Of a DNA stretch of 64,000 bases, positions 30,714-40,925 are shown in pieces. Each line of letters begins with the position of its first letter. Position 1 is the stretch's first letter. The DNA is from Muribaculaceae bacterium (lineage in GTDB: Bacteria; Bacteroidota; Bacteroidia; Bacteroidales; Muribaculaceae): assembly GCA_023666885.1 (NCBI GenBank), contig JAMPBB010000001.1, positions 278,068-342,067 of the forward strand, read 5' to 3'. Below the pieces are notes generated by a model. The model searched no databases and was not told the origin of the DNA. It was given only the letters and a program-made list of their open reading frames with translations. The translations under genes and the position numbers were made by a program.

Positions 30714-31919
30714 TTATTTCTTACCGAATATGTCACGGAGGCCGTCCATATCAAACGACAGCGTGAAACGCAGCGTCTGGTCCAGCGGCGAAGACTGAGC
30801 CGTAGTCATCATATAAGCCGCATCAAGCTTCACCACATTAAGGGAAAATCCGGCACCCACGGAAAAATACTTTCTATTGCCCTTCATGGCGTTCTCATAG
30901 TAGTAGCCCGCACGGAGGAAGAACTGGTCATTATAGCTGTACTCGGCGCCTAATGACAGCGAAATCTCCTTAAGCTCCTCACCGAATCCGCCGGGAGCAT
31001 CGCTGAACGACTTGAATATACCGGTGATAGGCGACATGTTTTCCCAATTTTCAAGAGCGTCATTGTACTCACGCTGACCCTCTGTGGTGCTCATGTCATA
31101 GTCCTTTTCACGCGGCTTGGTCGGCACGAGCAGCTTGTTGGCGTCAACTGACACGGCAAGGTTATGATAGTCAGCCAACGGGAACATGAACGATGTGCCC
31201 AATCGCAGATTGGTGGGAAGAAATGCCGGATCCTCGCCATGGTTATATGCCACCTTGGAGCCAATGTTGGATATGTCCCAGCCCCATGAGAACTGGCACT
31301 CGTTGCGTCCTATTATAGGGTAAGTGGTATAGTAGCCGGAAATGTCGGCAGAGAAGGCCGATGCACCGGTACTCTGATCGCCGGCATAGCTGTCGGAGAA
31401 GCCCAAGTCAGAATAAATGTAACGGAACACCACGCCCATAGAAAACTTCTCGGAAAGCTTGCGGGAGTAGCCTATGTCAAATGACATTTCGTAAGGGTTG
31501 AGCGTCTGCGTGGCGCCTGACGATTCGGGATATTTGTCCGTGACCTCACCGAGCGAGAAGTATCGCAGCGATGCGCTGAGAGCCTGATTGTCAGAGGCAC
31601 CCAACTTCCAATATCCTGACAGATTAGCCAGGAATATGTCATTCACTATGTTACGCAGCCACGGTGTATAGCTCAGCGACACACCGCCACGGCTGTATGC
31701 AAACGCATATTTCGACGGATTCCAGAACTGTGAATTGACATCGGGGTCAGTGGCCGCACCTATATCGCCCAACGATGCACCACGTGCGTCAGGGGCTATG
31801 CCGAGCGAGGTTACGCCGGTCTGTATAGGGTTGAAATCCTCCTTCTGCGCCATAGCCGACTGTGAGCCTACGGCCATAACGGCTATTATGAGGAGTGTCA
31901 GGGATATAATCTTTTTCAT
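30714..31919 (-). CDS. porV: T9SS outer membrane shuttle protein PorV
   Basis: IAPDARGASLGD, WNPSKYAF, SYTPWL, SLRYFSLG, LPTNLRLG and LDQTLRFTLSFD. Start moved to ATG 31919. Confidence 0.93.
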   Translation of the reverse strand: MKKIISLTLLIIAVMAVGSQSAMAQKEDFNPIQTGVTSLGIAPDARGASLGDIGAATDPDVNSQFWNPSKYAFAYSRGGVSLSYTPWLRNIVNDIFLANLSGYWKLGASDNQALSASLRYFSLGEVTDKYPESSGATQTLNPYEMSFDIGYSRKLSEKFSMGVVFRYIYSDLGFSDSYAGDQSTGASAFSADISGYYTTYPIIGRNECQFSWGWDISNIGSKVAYNHGEDPAFLPTNLRLGTSFMFPLADYHNLAVSVDANKLLVPTKPREKDYDMSTTEGQREYNDALENWENMSPITGIFKSFSDAPGGFGEELKEISLSLGAEYSYNDQFFLRAGYYYENAMKGNRKYFSVGAGFSLNVVKLDAAYMMTTAQSSPLDQTLRFTLSFDMDGLRDIFGKK

Positions 31920-31959
31920 ACGATTATATAACTGAACTGACATACATTTTATTGCATGG

Positions 31960-32520
31960 TCACTTTATTTTAACCCGCAAAACCGGGCGGCCGCACAGCT
32001 GAGCCTCCACTATGGAGCCTATGTCAGGGGGCTGCGAAAGCATTATACCTGAAGGCAGTATCAGGTCGCCCGTCTTAAGAGTAGCATACGAACTGACTAA
32101 TGACACGGCATTGTTGACCACCGACTCATCTACTTCAAAGCTCTGGCCTTCACATGCGGCGGTTATGGGATATGTCAGCTCACCGGCCGGTATCATTGGT
32201 CCGAGAGCAAGCGCTCCGTCAAACAAGCCTTTCAGCCCCGCCGAGTATCCGTCACGGCTGAGGGCTTCTACAGTATCATCCGGCACTATATGCAGCCCTA
32301 ATCCCAAGGCATCATAATATCGGTAAGCAAACTTGGCTCCCACACCCTTGCCGAGGCGCGACACGCGTACCACTACATACAGGCATGCACGCCACGATGA
32401 GCGGAAATCGGGCAGAAATATGGGGCGTCCGGGCATTACCAGAGCAGAATCGGCCACGAGAGTCACAGCCGGCACTTCAGCACTTACAGGAGCATTTATG
32501 TCAAATATTACGGCTTTCAC
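31960..32520 (-). CDS. Fumarylacetoacetate hydrolase family protein (degenerate active site)
   Basis: DSAL...PIFLPDF, RVSRLGKGV..KFAYRYYD and TLKTGDLI; position between rex and porV/ispF as in other Bacteroidales. Confidence 0.75.
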   Translation of the reverse strand: MKAVIFDINAPVSAEVPAVTLVADSALVMPGRPIFLPDFRSSWRACLYVVVRVSRLGKGVGAKFAYRYYDALGLGLHIVPDDTVEALSRDGYSAGLKGLFDGALALGPMIPAGELTYPITAACEGQSFEVDESVVNNAVSLVSSYATLKTGDLILPSGIMLSQPPDIGSIVEAQLCGRPVLRVKIK

Positions 32521-33163
32521 TTGCCTTCATCCTATTATACATCACGGCAAGATGCGCATACAGCGATGTGTTTTTCACCACTACGTCAGCAGCCGTGCGG
32601 AGCCTAACGGGGGTAAAATTCCATAGCGTCCTCACACCGGCGGCCACAAGCCGGTCAGCCACATCCTGAGCGCTCTCCACCGGTACGGTTATTATACCTA
32701 TCTCAGCGCGGTACACGCTCTTGATATCATCAAGGCGCGAAGCATCCAGCACAGGCACATCACGTATGCTCCGTCCGGTCACGGCAGGATCGATATCGAA
32801 TCCGGCCACTATCTTGAGCCCGTAGCGGGCAAGTCCGCTATCGGCTATCAAAGCAGCCCCAAGCGACCCTACGCCCACTATAACCGCACGATGCTCGGTG
32901 CTGAACCCGAGAAAGCTGTCAAGAGCCCGTTCAAGCGCGGCCACTTCGTAGCCTATTCGTGTCTTGCCTCGCAGGCCGAGCACCGACAAATCCTTGGCTA
33001 TCTGCGCCGAATCCACATCTATGGCCTTGGATATGGCTGTGGACGACACATATTCCACCCCCTGCTGTCTGAGGGTGCTTACATATGCCAGATACCACGG
33101 CAGACGCCTGAGTGTAGGCTCCGGCGGCAGTTCACGTGATATATTCTTTTCTGCTTCAGTCAT
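32501..33163 (-). CDS. rex: Redox-sensing transcriptional repressor Rex
   Basis: PTLRRLPWY, QIAKDLS, GKTRIGY, GVGSLG and WNFTP. Confidence 0.95.
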   Translation of the reverse strand: MTEAEKNISRELPPEPTLRRLPWYLAYVSTLRQQGVEYVSSTAISKAIDVDSAQIAKDLSVLGLRGKTRIGYEVAALERALDSFLGFSTEHRAVIVGVGSLGAALIADSGLARYGLKIVAGFDIDPAVTGRSIRDVPVLDASRLDDIKSVYRAEIGIITVPVESAQDVADRLVAAGVRTLWNFTPVRLRTAADVVVKNTSLYAHLAVMYNRMKASESRNI

Positions 33164-33180
33164 GGCGTCATCATGATACT

Positions 33181-35229
33181 TTATGGCATTATGCTGCGCA
33201 TATTGGATGAGCCGCGGTCAAATGTGCGTCCGCGCCCTATAGAGTTGCCACGGTTAGTATTGCGGTTATTGCTTCGGTTATTACTGCGACGATTGCCGAA
33301 CGGATCATCTACATCAAATCCGTCATCATCCTCCTCATCCATCTGATCATCCTCAGGTATTTCACCCGCCTTACGCTTGGGCTTGTTCTTCTTTATTTCC
33401 GACGGCTTTTGCTTGTCAACCGGCGTTTCATATATGTTCCACACCTGATCTGCTACGTCCCAGTTCTTCTTAAGGGTGATTTTCTTAGGATAGTAGAACA
33501 CCTCCTCCGGCTGGATAGAGTCAAGCAGGTTTCCGGTATCGTACTTACCATTTCCATTTCTGTCAAGGAACAGGCGGGCATAATATGTGCCGGGCTGCAA
33601 GAAAGTGAATTCGGCTCGTCCGGCCTTAACCTCGGCACGTGCCACCGGGGCATCCTGCGAGCTGAGCAGTTCGGCCACAGCACCATTGTCAATACCCGGG
33701 AGTGAGAATGTAATGGATGAATAGTCCTCGAGTGCACGTGTAGTGAGCTCTTGTCTGACCGGTCCGTTATGCAGTCCGCCCACATCGGTCATGGCTAAGG
33801 AGTCAATGGTAAGCGTGTATTTACTCTTGGGCTCCCACACATACTCAGCCACCATAAAAGTGGGGTTCAGAGAGTCAGGCATAACGAATCGCGGAGCCGC
33901 CACTGGCTCCCACACGGTATCGACCAGCATGGTCATATGCACCCCTCGCTGGTCAAAGTTGACAATGGGCGTCTGCGACTTCAATATCAGCGGCAGATTC
34001 ACTTCCTGCGGATTGGATGCACCTACTGTCACGGACATGAGCGGCGTCTTTTCCACTTTGGTAGAGTCATTGTCCTTCTTCTTATCCTTCTTTTCCTCTT
34101 TCTTTTTGGTACCGCGCATGGTAAGGCGCAGCGTATCCGTGACAAGGCTGAGCTGCTCAAGCGAGTCGGTGCGCATGTAGCGAGCCTCAAGCAGCAGAGT
34201 GTCCTGATTCAGAATCTCCGGATCTGATATCCAATACTTCAGGGTGTCAAGTGTGCGCGATGCCTGTAGCACACTCCAGCGCCTTATGTCATAGCGTTCG
34301 CCACGCGGGGGATTGAGCAGTGTGATTTGCGGCAGGGTATCGGCCGGAGCGCCGAATATGAAGTCAATGGCCTCGCGTTTGGTTCGCTCGTACTTCTGTA
34401 AATACTGGGCGCGATAGCCCTCGTTGAACCATGTGAGCAGTATATCATTAGGCAGGAAGCGTGTCACATCATGTATAACCAACGAGTCCATGCCGTTAGC
34501 GCTCTTAAGCGTATCGGTCACGGTGACGCGCTCGGCAGTGGGTGTTATGGTCATGTCATAAAAGGCCACATCCTCGGAGCGGTCCCATTTATAATCGCGG
34601 TTAATGTCATTGAGTGCAAATATGCGGTAGGTACCCTCCTTAAGGTTTCGGATAGTAAACTGACCCAGCTGATTGGTCTTGGTGATTCGTTCAAGCGGTA
34701 ATGTGGTTATAGCCGTATCGCTCAAGTTACTGTACACGCCTACCACAATACCTTGGGCAGGCTCAAGATTGGCAGCTTCGAACACCATGCCTGAAATCTG
34801 AAGGGTGTCAATGGTGGGTCCGGTGGAAAATGCAAATGAAAAACCGTCCACTTCATTGCCCTCGTTGAGGTCACTTATGGCATCGGAGCAGTCTATGGTG
34901 TAGGTGGTGTTGGGAAGCAGCGAGTCGCGCAACGTAAAGTTGACCCTGCGCCCTACGGCCATGACCTGCGGCGGCGTAATCTGGGCCGGCGACACCACAA
35001 TCTTGCTCATGGCATCCTTGACCTGCACGTTTTCGTTGAACTCTATGGATATTCGGTTACGCTTTACGTTCAGCTCACCCATGGCAGGGTTGGAGCGCAC
35101 AAACACAGGAGGCTCCACATCACGGGCACCCCCGTCGGGACGCCCCATACTGGCACAGGCGGCAAGGCACAGCCCCACCACGGCTCCTGCCACAATGCGC
35201 ATGGTTCCGGATACGGTAAAGATACTCAT
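33181..35229 (-). CDS. Ig-like (Big_5) domain lipoprotein, conserved in Bacteroidetes
   Basis: Lipobox LAAC-ASMGRPDGG..D..PP; DRNGNGKYDTG...QPE; acidic then Asn/Arg-rich low-complexity tail. Confidence 0.75.
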   Translation of the reverse strand: MSIFTVSGTMRIVAGAVVGLCLAACASMGRPDGGARDVEPPVFVRSNPAMGELNVKRNRISIEFNENVQVKDAMSKIVVSPAQITPPQVMAVGRRVNFTLRDSLLPNTTYTIDCSDAISDLNEGNEVDGFSFAFSTGPTIDTLQISGMVFEAANLEPAQGIVVGVYSNLSDTAITTLPLERITKTNQLGQFTIRNLKEGTYRIFALNDINRDYKWDRSEDVAFYDMTITPTAERVTVTDTLKSANGMDSLVIHDVTRFLPNDILLTWFNEGYRAQYLQKYERTKREAIDFIFGAPADTLPQITLLNPPRGERYDIRRWSVLQASRTLDTLKYWISDPEILNQDTLLLEARYMRTDSLEQLSLVTDTLRLTMRGTKKKEEKKDKKKDNDSTKVEKTPLMSVTVGASNPQEVNLPLILKSQTPIVNFDQRGVHMTMLVDTVWEPVAAPRFVMPDSLNPTFMVAEYVWEPKSKYTLTIDSLAMTDVGGLHNGPVRQELTTRALEDYSSITFSLPGIDNGAVAELLSSQDAPVARAEVKAGRAEFTFLQPGTYYARLFLDRNGNGKYDTGNLLDSIQPEEVFYYPKKITLKKNWDVADQVWNIYETPVDKQKPSEIKKNKPKRKAGEIPEDDQMDEEDDDGFDVDDPFGNRRSNNRSNNRNTNRGNSIGRGRTFDRGSSNMRSIMP

Positions 35230-35385
35230 ATTGCCGCAAAGTTACTTTAACTGCTCGAAATATGGAATTATTTAGTCCTTTTTAGAAAAAAATATGATCA
35301 GATGCAGTTTTTTTCAATCATCGCATCTATGCCAAACGGTTATTTAACCTATCTTTGTACTCTAATCCATACTTTGGAAAATCGC

Positions 35386-38364
35386 ATGATGAAAAGACCT
35401 CTTATCATATCGCTTGCCGCAGCAGGTATGCTGCTGACAGCCCAAGGCGCCCACGCCCAGATAAACTCGCCCGATGCCGACGGATACTTTGCGCGTGGCA
35501 TAGGTATGTATCAGGACTGCAACTATAACGGTTGTATCGATGAGCTGCTTCAGCTGCGTCACATGCAGCTCACCGCCTCGCAAAGCGAACAGGCCTGCTA
35601 CTATCTGGCTATGGCCACCCTGCACAGCGGCGATGATGAAGCTCTGGACTTGCTGAACGAATTTCTTGAGCGCTTCCCCGCTTCAAGGCTCTATCAGGAT
35701 GTGACCATGAGCATTGCAGACTATCATTTTACCCGAGGCAACTATGCCGAAGCTCTTAAAATCTACTCCGGCATAAGCCCTGACGCCCTCACCGATGACC
35801 GCAGCGAGGATCTGCTGTACCGTCAGGCTTATTCGTATATGCTGCTCGGCGAGAATCTTAAGGCACGCCCCCTATTCACCAAGCTCATGCGCACACGCCG
35901 GTACGCCAATGCGGCCCGCTTCTATCTGGCCTACATGTCATACAGCGATCGTGACTACGCATCGGCACTGAGTATGTTCAAGACCGTGGACACCTCACGC
36001 GAGCCCGGCACCACAGCCGAGTACTATATGAGCCAGATCTACTTTCTGTATGAGGACTATGATCAGGCGCTGACCATGGCCAAGAATACGATGGCCTCCG
36101 ATGAAGTGCCCCAGTTTGCTCCCGAGGCCAACCGCATAGCGGGCGAGAGCCTCTACAACCTCGGACGCATGGACGAGGCACTCCCCTACCTGTGGCGATA
36201 TGCCGCCGAAACGCAGGATCCGCAGCCGTCGGCCTTCTACATACTCGGCGTAAACGAATTCAATTCCGGCAACTGGCATGAAGCCATAAAGCTCCTGCAG
36301 CGAGCCGTTACCGGCGATGAGAAGCTGGCTCAGAGCGCTTATCTATATTTAGGCCAGGCCTATGTCAAAACCGGCAATCATGACGGCGCGCTGCTCTCGT
36401 TTGAAAAAGCATATAAGCTCAATGACGACCCGGCCATAACCGAAGCGGCATTCTATAACTACATAGTGGCCCGTATGGATGGCGGGCGCATACCTTTCGG
36501 CAATACAGTAAGTATGCTTGAGGACTTCCTGCGCCGATTCCCGAAATCGAAATATGCCGCCGAAATTCAGGAAAGCCTAATAAACGGCTACATGACGGAC
36601 AATGACTTTGAAGCCGCATTAGCCAGCATAAACCGCATGTCGGCACCCTCAGCCGCCGTACTGAAGGCTAAACAGCGCGTGCTCTTCGAGCTCGGCACTC
36701 GCGAGTTTGCCGCCGGACGCACCGAAGCCGCCCTATCCTACTTCAAGGAGGCACGCACCGGCGACAATGCATCGATATCACGTCAGGCTCAGTTATGGAG
36801 CGCCGACTGCAACTACCGACTCGGCAACTACTCCACGGCTGCCGAACAGTATCTGGCCTATGCCAACTCCATTCCGGAATCGGATCCCAACCGTACACTC
36901 GCCTACTTCAACCTTGGCTACGCCCGATACAATCAGGGCCGGTATGCCGATGCACTTACTGATTTCAACCGTGTAATCGATGCACGTCCGGCAAAGCCTA
37001 TGCTCACCGATGCCTATAACCGCGCAGCCGACTGCATGTACCAGCTACGTGACTTTACCGGAGCGGCAGCCGCTTACAAGCAGGCTTATGAAGCCGATCC
37101 CGAGTCAGGCGACTACGCACTGTACCAGACCGCAGTCATGTACGGGCTGCAGGGCCGTCACACCGACAAGGTGAAAGGCCTCGACGATATGATATCCCGC
37201 TTCCCGTCATCGGCTCTTGTGCCTGCTGCCATGCTTGACAAGGCCGAGGCATATGCAGCTCTTGGCGATACGGAGAAAGCCGTAGACACCTACCGCGAGC
37301 TTGTACGCAAATATGAGAGCAGCCCCTATGGGCGCCAAGGTTATCTGCAGCTGGCCATAACGTATCTGAACGGAGGTGATCGCGAAGGAGCCATAGACAC
37401 ATACAAGAAGGTGATAACCACCTACCCCACCAGCGATGAAGCACGCATAGCGGTGGATGATCTGAAACGCATTTATGCCGATGACGGACGCCTGTCAGAG
37501 TTCAGCTCATTCCTCGCATCCATACCTAAGGCGCCTCAGCTCGATGCCTCAGAGCTTGATGAAGCTGCATTCCAGAGCGCCGAAAACCAATACGTGAACA
37601 GCGGAAGCGAAACAGCCCTCAACGAGTATCTGCGCCAGTATCCCAATGGAGCCTACGAGCCGCAGGCCAAATTCTATCTGGCCGAATCGGCTGCCGAAAA
37701 CGGGAACTATACCCGCGCCATAGAATACGCCTCGGATGTGCTGAAAAATCACCCTGACTCGGAAGTGGCCGAGGATGCCATGCTCATAAAAGCCGATGCT
37801 GAAGCCGCCGCCGGAAAGGGCGAGCTGGCACTCGAATCGTACCGCATCCTTGAGAGCCGTGCCTCAGGAAGCCGCATCATAACCGATGCCCGCATGGGCA
37901 TAATGCGCACGGCGCTCGAGCTGGGCCGCTACAACGAAGCCCTCGTGGCCACCGACAAGCTTAAAGCTTCATCGGCTGCCGGAAGCACTGACATGCCTGA
38001 AATAACATTCAGCGAAGGCCTTGCGCTCCAGCGCTTGGGTCGTGGCGGTGAGGCCAGAGCCGTGTGGAAGAGCATTGCTTCAGATGTGACAAACCAGTTC
38101 GGTGCCAAGAGCGCCGTATACTTAGCACAGAGCCTGCTCGATGACGGGCACACGGATGAAGCCTCACGAAGCATAAACACGTTCATCAACGCCAATACGC
38201 CTCACCAGTATTGGCTGGCACGCGGATTCATAGTGCTCAGCGATGTGCTCCGTAAGCAGGGCAAGGAGTTTGAAGCCAATGAATACCTGCGCAGCCTGCG
38301 TGCCAACTATCCGGGTACAGAAAATGAAATATTCCAGATGATAGACCAGCGTCTTACCAAATAA
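35386..38364 (+). CDS. Large periplasmic tetratricopeptide-repeat protein
   Basis: Signal peptide and many TPR units (e.g. AYLYLGQAY, AYFNLGYARY, RFPSS). Start moved to ATG 35386; TATCTTTG at 35350-35357. Confidence 0.88.
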   Translation: MMKRPLIISLAAAGMLLTAQGAHAQINSPDADGYFARGIGMYQDCNYNGCIDELLQLRHMQLTASQSEQACYYLAMATLHSGDDEALDLLNEFLERFPASRLYQDVTMSIADYHFTRGNYAEALKIYSGISPDALTDDRSEDLLYRQAYSYMLLGENLKARPLFTKLMRTRRYANAARFYLAYMSYSDRDYASALSMFKTVDTSREPGTTAEYYMSQIYFLYEDYDQALTMAKNTMASDEVPQFAPEANRIAGESLYNLGRMDEALPYLWRYAAETQDPQPSAFYILGVNEFNSGNWHEAIKLLQRAVTGDEKLAQSAYLYLGQAYVKTGNHDGALLSFEKAYKLNDDPAITEAAFYNYIVARMDGGRIPFGNTVSMLEDFLRRFPKSKYAAEIQESLINGYMTDNDFEAALASINRMSAPSAAVLKAKQRVLFELGTREFAAGRTEAALSYFKEARTGDNASISRQAQLWSADCNYRLGNYSTAAEQYLAYANSIPESDPNRTLAYFNLGYARYNQGRYADALTDFNRVIDARPAKPMLTDAYNRAADCMYQLRDFTGAAAAYKQAYEADPESGDYALYQTAVMYGLQGRHTDKVKGLDDMISRFPSSALVPAAMLDKAEAYAALGDTEKAVDTYRELVRKYESSPYGRQGYLQLAITYLNGGDREGAIDTYKKVITTYPTSDEARIAVDDLKRIYADDGRLSEFSSFLASIPKAPQLDASELDEAAFQSAENQYVNSGSETALNEYLRQYPNGAYEPQAKFYLAESAAENGNYTRAIEYASDVLKNHPDSEVAEDAMLIKADAEAAAGKGELALESYRILESRASGSRIITDARMGIMRTALELGRYNEALVATDKLKASSAAGSTDMPEITFSEGLALQRLGRGGEARAVWKSIASDVTNQFGAKSAVYLAQSLLDDGHTDEASRSINTFINANTPHQYWLARGFIVLSDVLRKQGKEFEANEYLRSLRANYPGTENEIFQMIDQRLTK

Positions 38365-38371
38365 AAACCGC

Positions 38372-40150
38372 ATGATGAAAATACGCTATATATGGGCCGC
38401 AATTTCACTTGCGGCAGCCTCAGGGGCCGGAGCCCAGACACTTGAGCAGGAGATTACCGTGGACCACGAAGTGATTCCCGAACACCGTGAAGTGAGCCGC
38501 CCGTACTTCACGCCGGCCATAACACTGCCTTCCATCACACAGAAACATCTCGCATACAGCTCACGTCCTATAAACATAGCCGTGCCCGGCTCAATAACCA
38601 CTCTCGAGCCGGCCGCGTTTGCTGACACCTTATATACATCGCCCTATCGCGGATATGCCGCCTTGGGCTACTTCCCTCTTGTCAATATAGGGGCGGCTGC
38701 AGGCTATAAGTTCATTGACAATGACCACACGCGCCTCAACGCGTTCATGCAGTACAACGGTTCGGCTTACCACGGCCCGTACCCTGACTACGAACGTATA
38801 ACAGGTGCTGATGACCGCTTGATACGCAACAATGCCCTTACGCTTGACGTGACGCTGCATCAGGCAATAGGCAAGCGCTCATTCATTGATGCCGGGGCTG
38901 ACCTCACCGTAGCCCGTTACAGCATGCCTGACGGTGCACACTTCCTGCCTCAGAACATGCACCGGGCCGACATTTCTGCAGCCTTCAACTCATCCACGCA
39001 GAAGTTTGTGTATCGTGCCGGACTGGCCTACAGCCATTTCGGATACGGAAACACCATACTTAACAATCTTACCCCGCGCAATGTCTACGAGCCGGCCCGC
39101 GAAAACGCCTTTAAGCTCAACGGATTCATGCGTATGGACATGGACGCAACATCGTCCGTAGGCATTGACGGCGACTTCAGCCTGCTGTCATACGGGCGCC
39201 GCAGCGTGGCCGACTTCTCACAGAGCGAATCCACTTACTATCTGTTCGATGCCGGCTCATATACCCACGCACTGCTTACACTGAAACCTCACTACCGATT
39301 CAGCGTTCGTGACTTCAGGCTTGACGTAGGGGCTCGTGTGGACTTCACATTCAATTCCGGCAAGGTATTCCATATAGCACCTGACATACAGGCCACATGG
39401 AAACCCGGACAGATATTTGCCATTTACGCCAAGGCCGGAGGCGGAGAGCATCAGAACACCCTCAGCTCGCTGTTTGACGCCACCCCGTATGCACAGTCCA
39501 TGATGGCCTACTCCAATTCACATATACCCCTCACCTTAGATGCGGGACTGACCATAGGCACATGGAAGGGCATGTATCTGGAGCTCGGTGCAGGATATGC
39601 CCGGGCTAATGACTGGCTTATGCCGGTAATCAACGCCTATGAAAGCTTCAGCATAACCGATGGGGCATACACTCCGGCGTACCACAAGATGACCATATTC
39701 AGTCCGGTAAACATAAAGGGATTCCACTGGCGCGTGGCAGCAGGTTACTCTTACCGCAACATAGCATCATTGGAGCTGACCTACGAAGGTGCCCCACAGA
39801 AATATGACAAGGGCTACTATCTGTGGCGTGACCGGGCAAAAAGCGTGTCATCGGCCAAACTGAAAGTAAACCCTATAGCCCCGCTTGACGTTACCCTCAC
39901 GTATACGCTCCGCACCGGCCGGGCCATGATTGACTATCACCGCAGCTCTGACCCGGCCATAAGGGACTACTATGTATCGCATGACCTGGGCAACTCACGC
40001 ATGCTCGACCTCGGACTCCTGTACCGCATAAACTCACAGTGGAGTGCATTCGGCAATGCCACTAATCTGCTCAACAGCCACTACCTGCTCATAGGCGATG
40101 TGCCGGCAAGAGGCATAACCGGACTTGTGGGCGCCACTTATAAATTCTGA
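38372..40150 (+). CDS. TonB-dependent receptor-like outer membrane beta-barrel
   Basis: Signal peptide, beta-strand pattern, C-terminal NLLN...GATYKF. Confidence 0.75.
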   Translation: MMKIRYIWAAISLAAASGAGAQTLEQEITVDHEVIPEHREVSRPYFTPAITLPSITQKHLAYSSRPINIAVPGSITTLEPAAFADTLYTSPYRGYAALGYFPLVNIGAAAGYKFIDNDHTRLNAFMQYNGSAYHGPYPDYERITGADDRLIRNNALTLDVTLHQAIGKRSFIDAGADLTVARYSMPDGAHFLPQNMHRADISAAFNSSTQKFVYRAGLAYSHFGYGNTILNNLTPRNVYEPARENAFKLNGFMRMDMDATSSVGIDGDFSLLSYGRRSVADFSQSESTYYLFDAGSYTHALLTLKPHYRFSVRDFRLDVGARVDFTFNSGKVFHIAPDIQATWKPGQIFAIYAKAGGGEHQNTLSSLFDATPYAQSMMAYSNSHIPLTLDAGLTIGTWKGMYLELGAGYARANDWLMPVINAYESFSITDGAYTPAYHKMTIFSPVNIKGFHWRVAAGYSYRNIASLELTYEGAPQKYDKGYYLWRDRAKSVSSAKLKVNPIAPLDVTLTYTLRTGRAMIDYHRSSDPAIRDYYVSHDLGNSRMLDLGLLYRINSQWSAFGNATNLLNSHYLLIGDVPARGITGLVGATYKF

Positions 40151-40166
40151 ATCCGAAAACTATCAA

Positions 40167-40925
40167 ATGGAATTGACTGACAGCGTAGTAATAATACCCA
40201 CCTACAATGAGAAGGAGAATGTAGCGGCCATAATAGACGCCGTTATGAATCTTCCGCGCCGATTCGATGTGCTTATCATCGACGACGGTTCGCCCGACGG
40301 CACTGCTGACATAGTGAGGGAAAAGATCAAGGAATACCCCTCACGAGTCCACCTTGTGGAGCGAGCAGGCAAGCTCGGGCTCGGCACGGCTTACATAACC
40401 GGATTCAAGTGGGCTCTTGACAGAAAGCACTACGAATACATCTTCGAGATGGATGCCGACTTCTCACATAACCCCAACGACCTTATGGCTCTGTACCGGG
40501 CATGTGCCGAAGAAGGCGCCGATATGTCCATAGGATCACGGTACCTTACGGGGGTCAATGTGGTGAACTGGCCTATGGGACGTGTGCTCATGTCATATTA
40601 CGCATCGGCCTATGTGCGCATTATCACACGCATGCCTGTACGCGACACCACTGCGGGGTTCGTATGCTACCGTCGCCGTGTACTGGCTACGCTGCCGCTC
40701 GATGAGATACGCTTCAAGGGCTATGCCTTCCAGATAGAGATGAAATTCACCACCTATATGTGCGGCTTCCGTATCAAGGAAGTGCCCATAGTGTTCGTGA
40801 ATCGCGTACTCGGCACCAGTAAGATGTCAAGCGGCATATTCAGCGAGGCCGTATTCGGAGTGATACGCCTGAAAGTGTCAAGCTGGTTCAAGAAATTTCC
40901 GCACTATGACAGCAGCAAGTCCTGA
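40167..40925 (+). CDS. Polyprenol monophosphomannose synthase (GT2, DPM1-like)
   Basis: IIPTYNEKEN, DDGSPDGT, GLGTAY, EMDADFSH and GYAFQIE. Confidence 0.92.
   Translation: MELTDSVVIIPTYNEKENVAAIIDAVMNLPRRFDVLIIDDGSPDGTADIVREKIKEYPSRVHLVERAGKLGLGTAYITGFKWALDRKHYEYIFEMDADFSHNPNDLMALYRACAEEGADMSIGSRYLTGVNVVNWPMGRVLMSYYASAYVRIITRMPVRDTTAGFVCYRRRVLATLPLDEIRFKGYAFQIEMKFTTYMCGFRIKEVPIVFVNRVLGTSKMSSGIFSEAVFGVIRLKVSSWFKKFPHYDSSKS

Noticed and set aside
33230-33300. Short imperfect repeats encoding RSNNRSNNRNTNR
   Set aside because: In-frame low-complexity protein tail; not a frameshifting repeat or a separate element.
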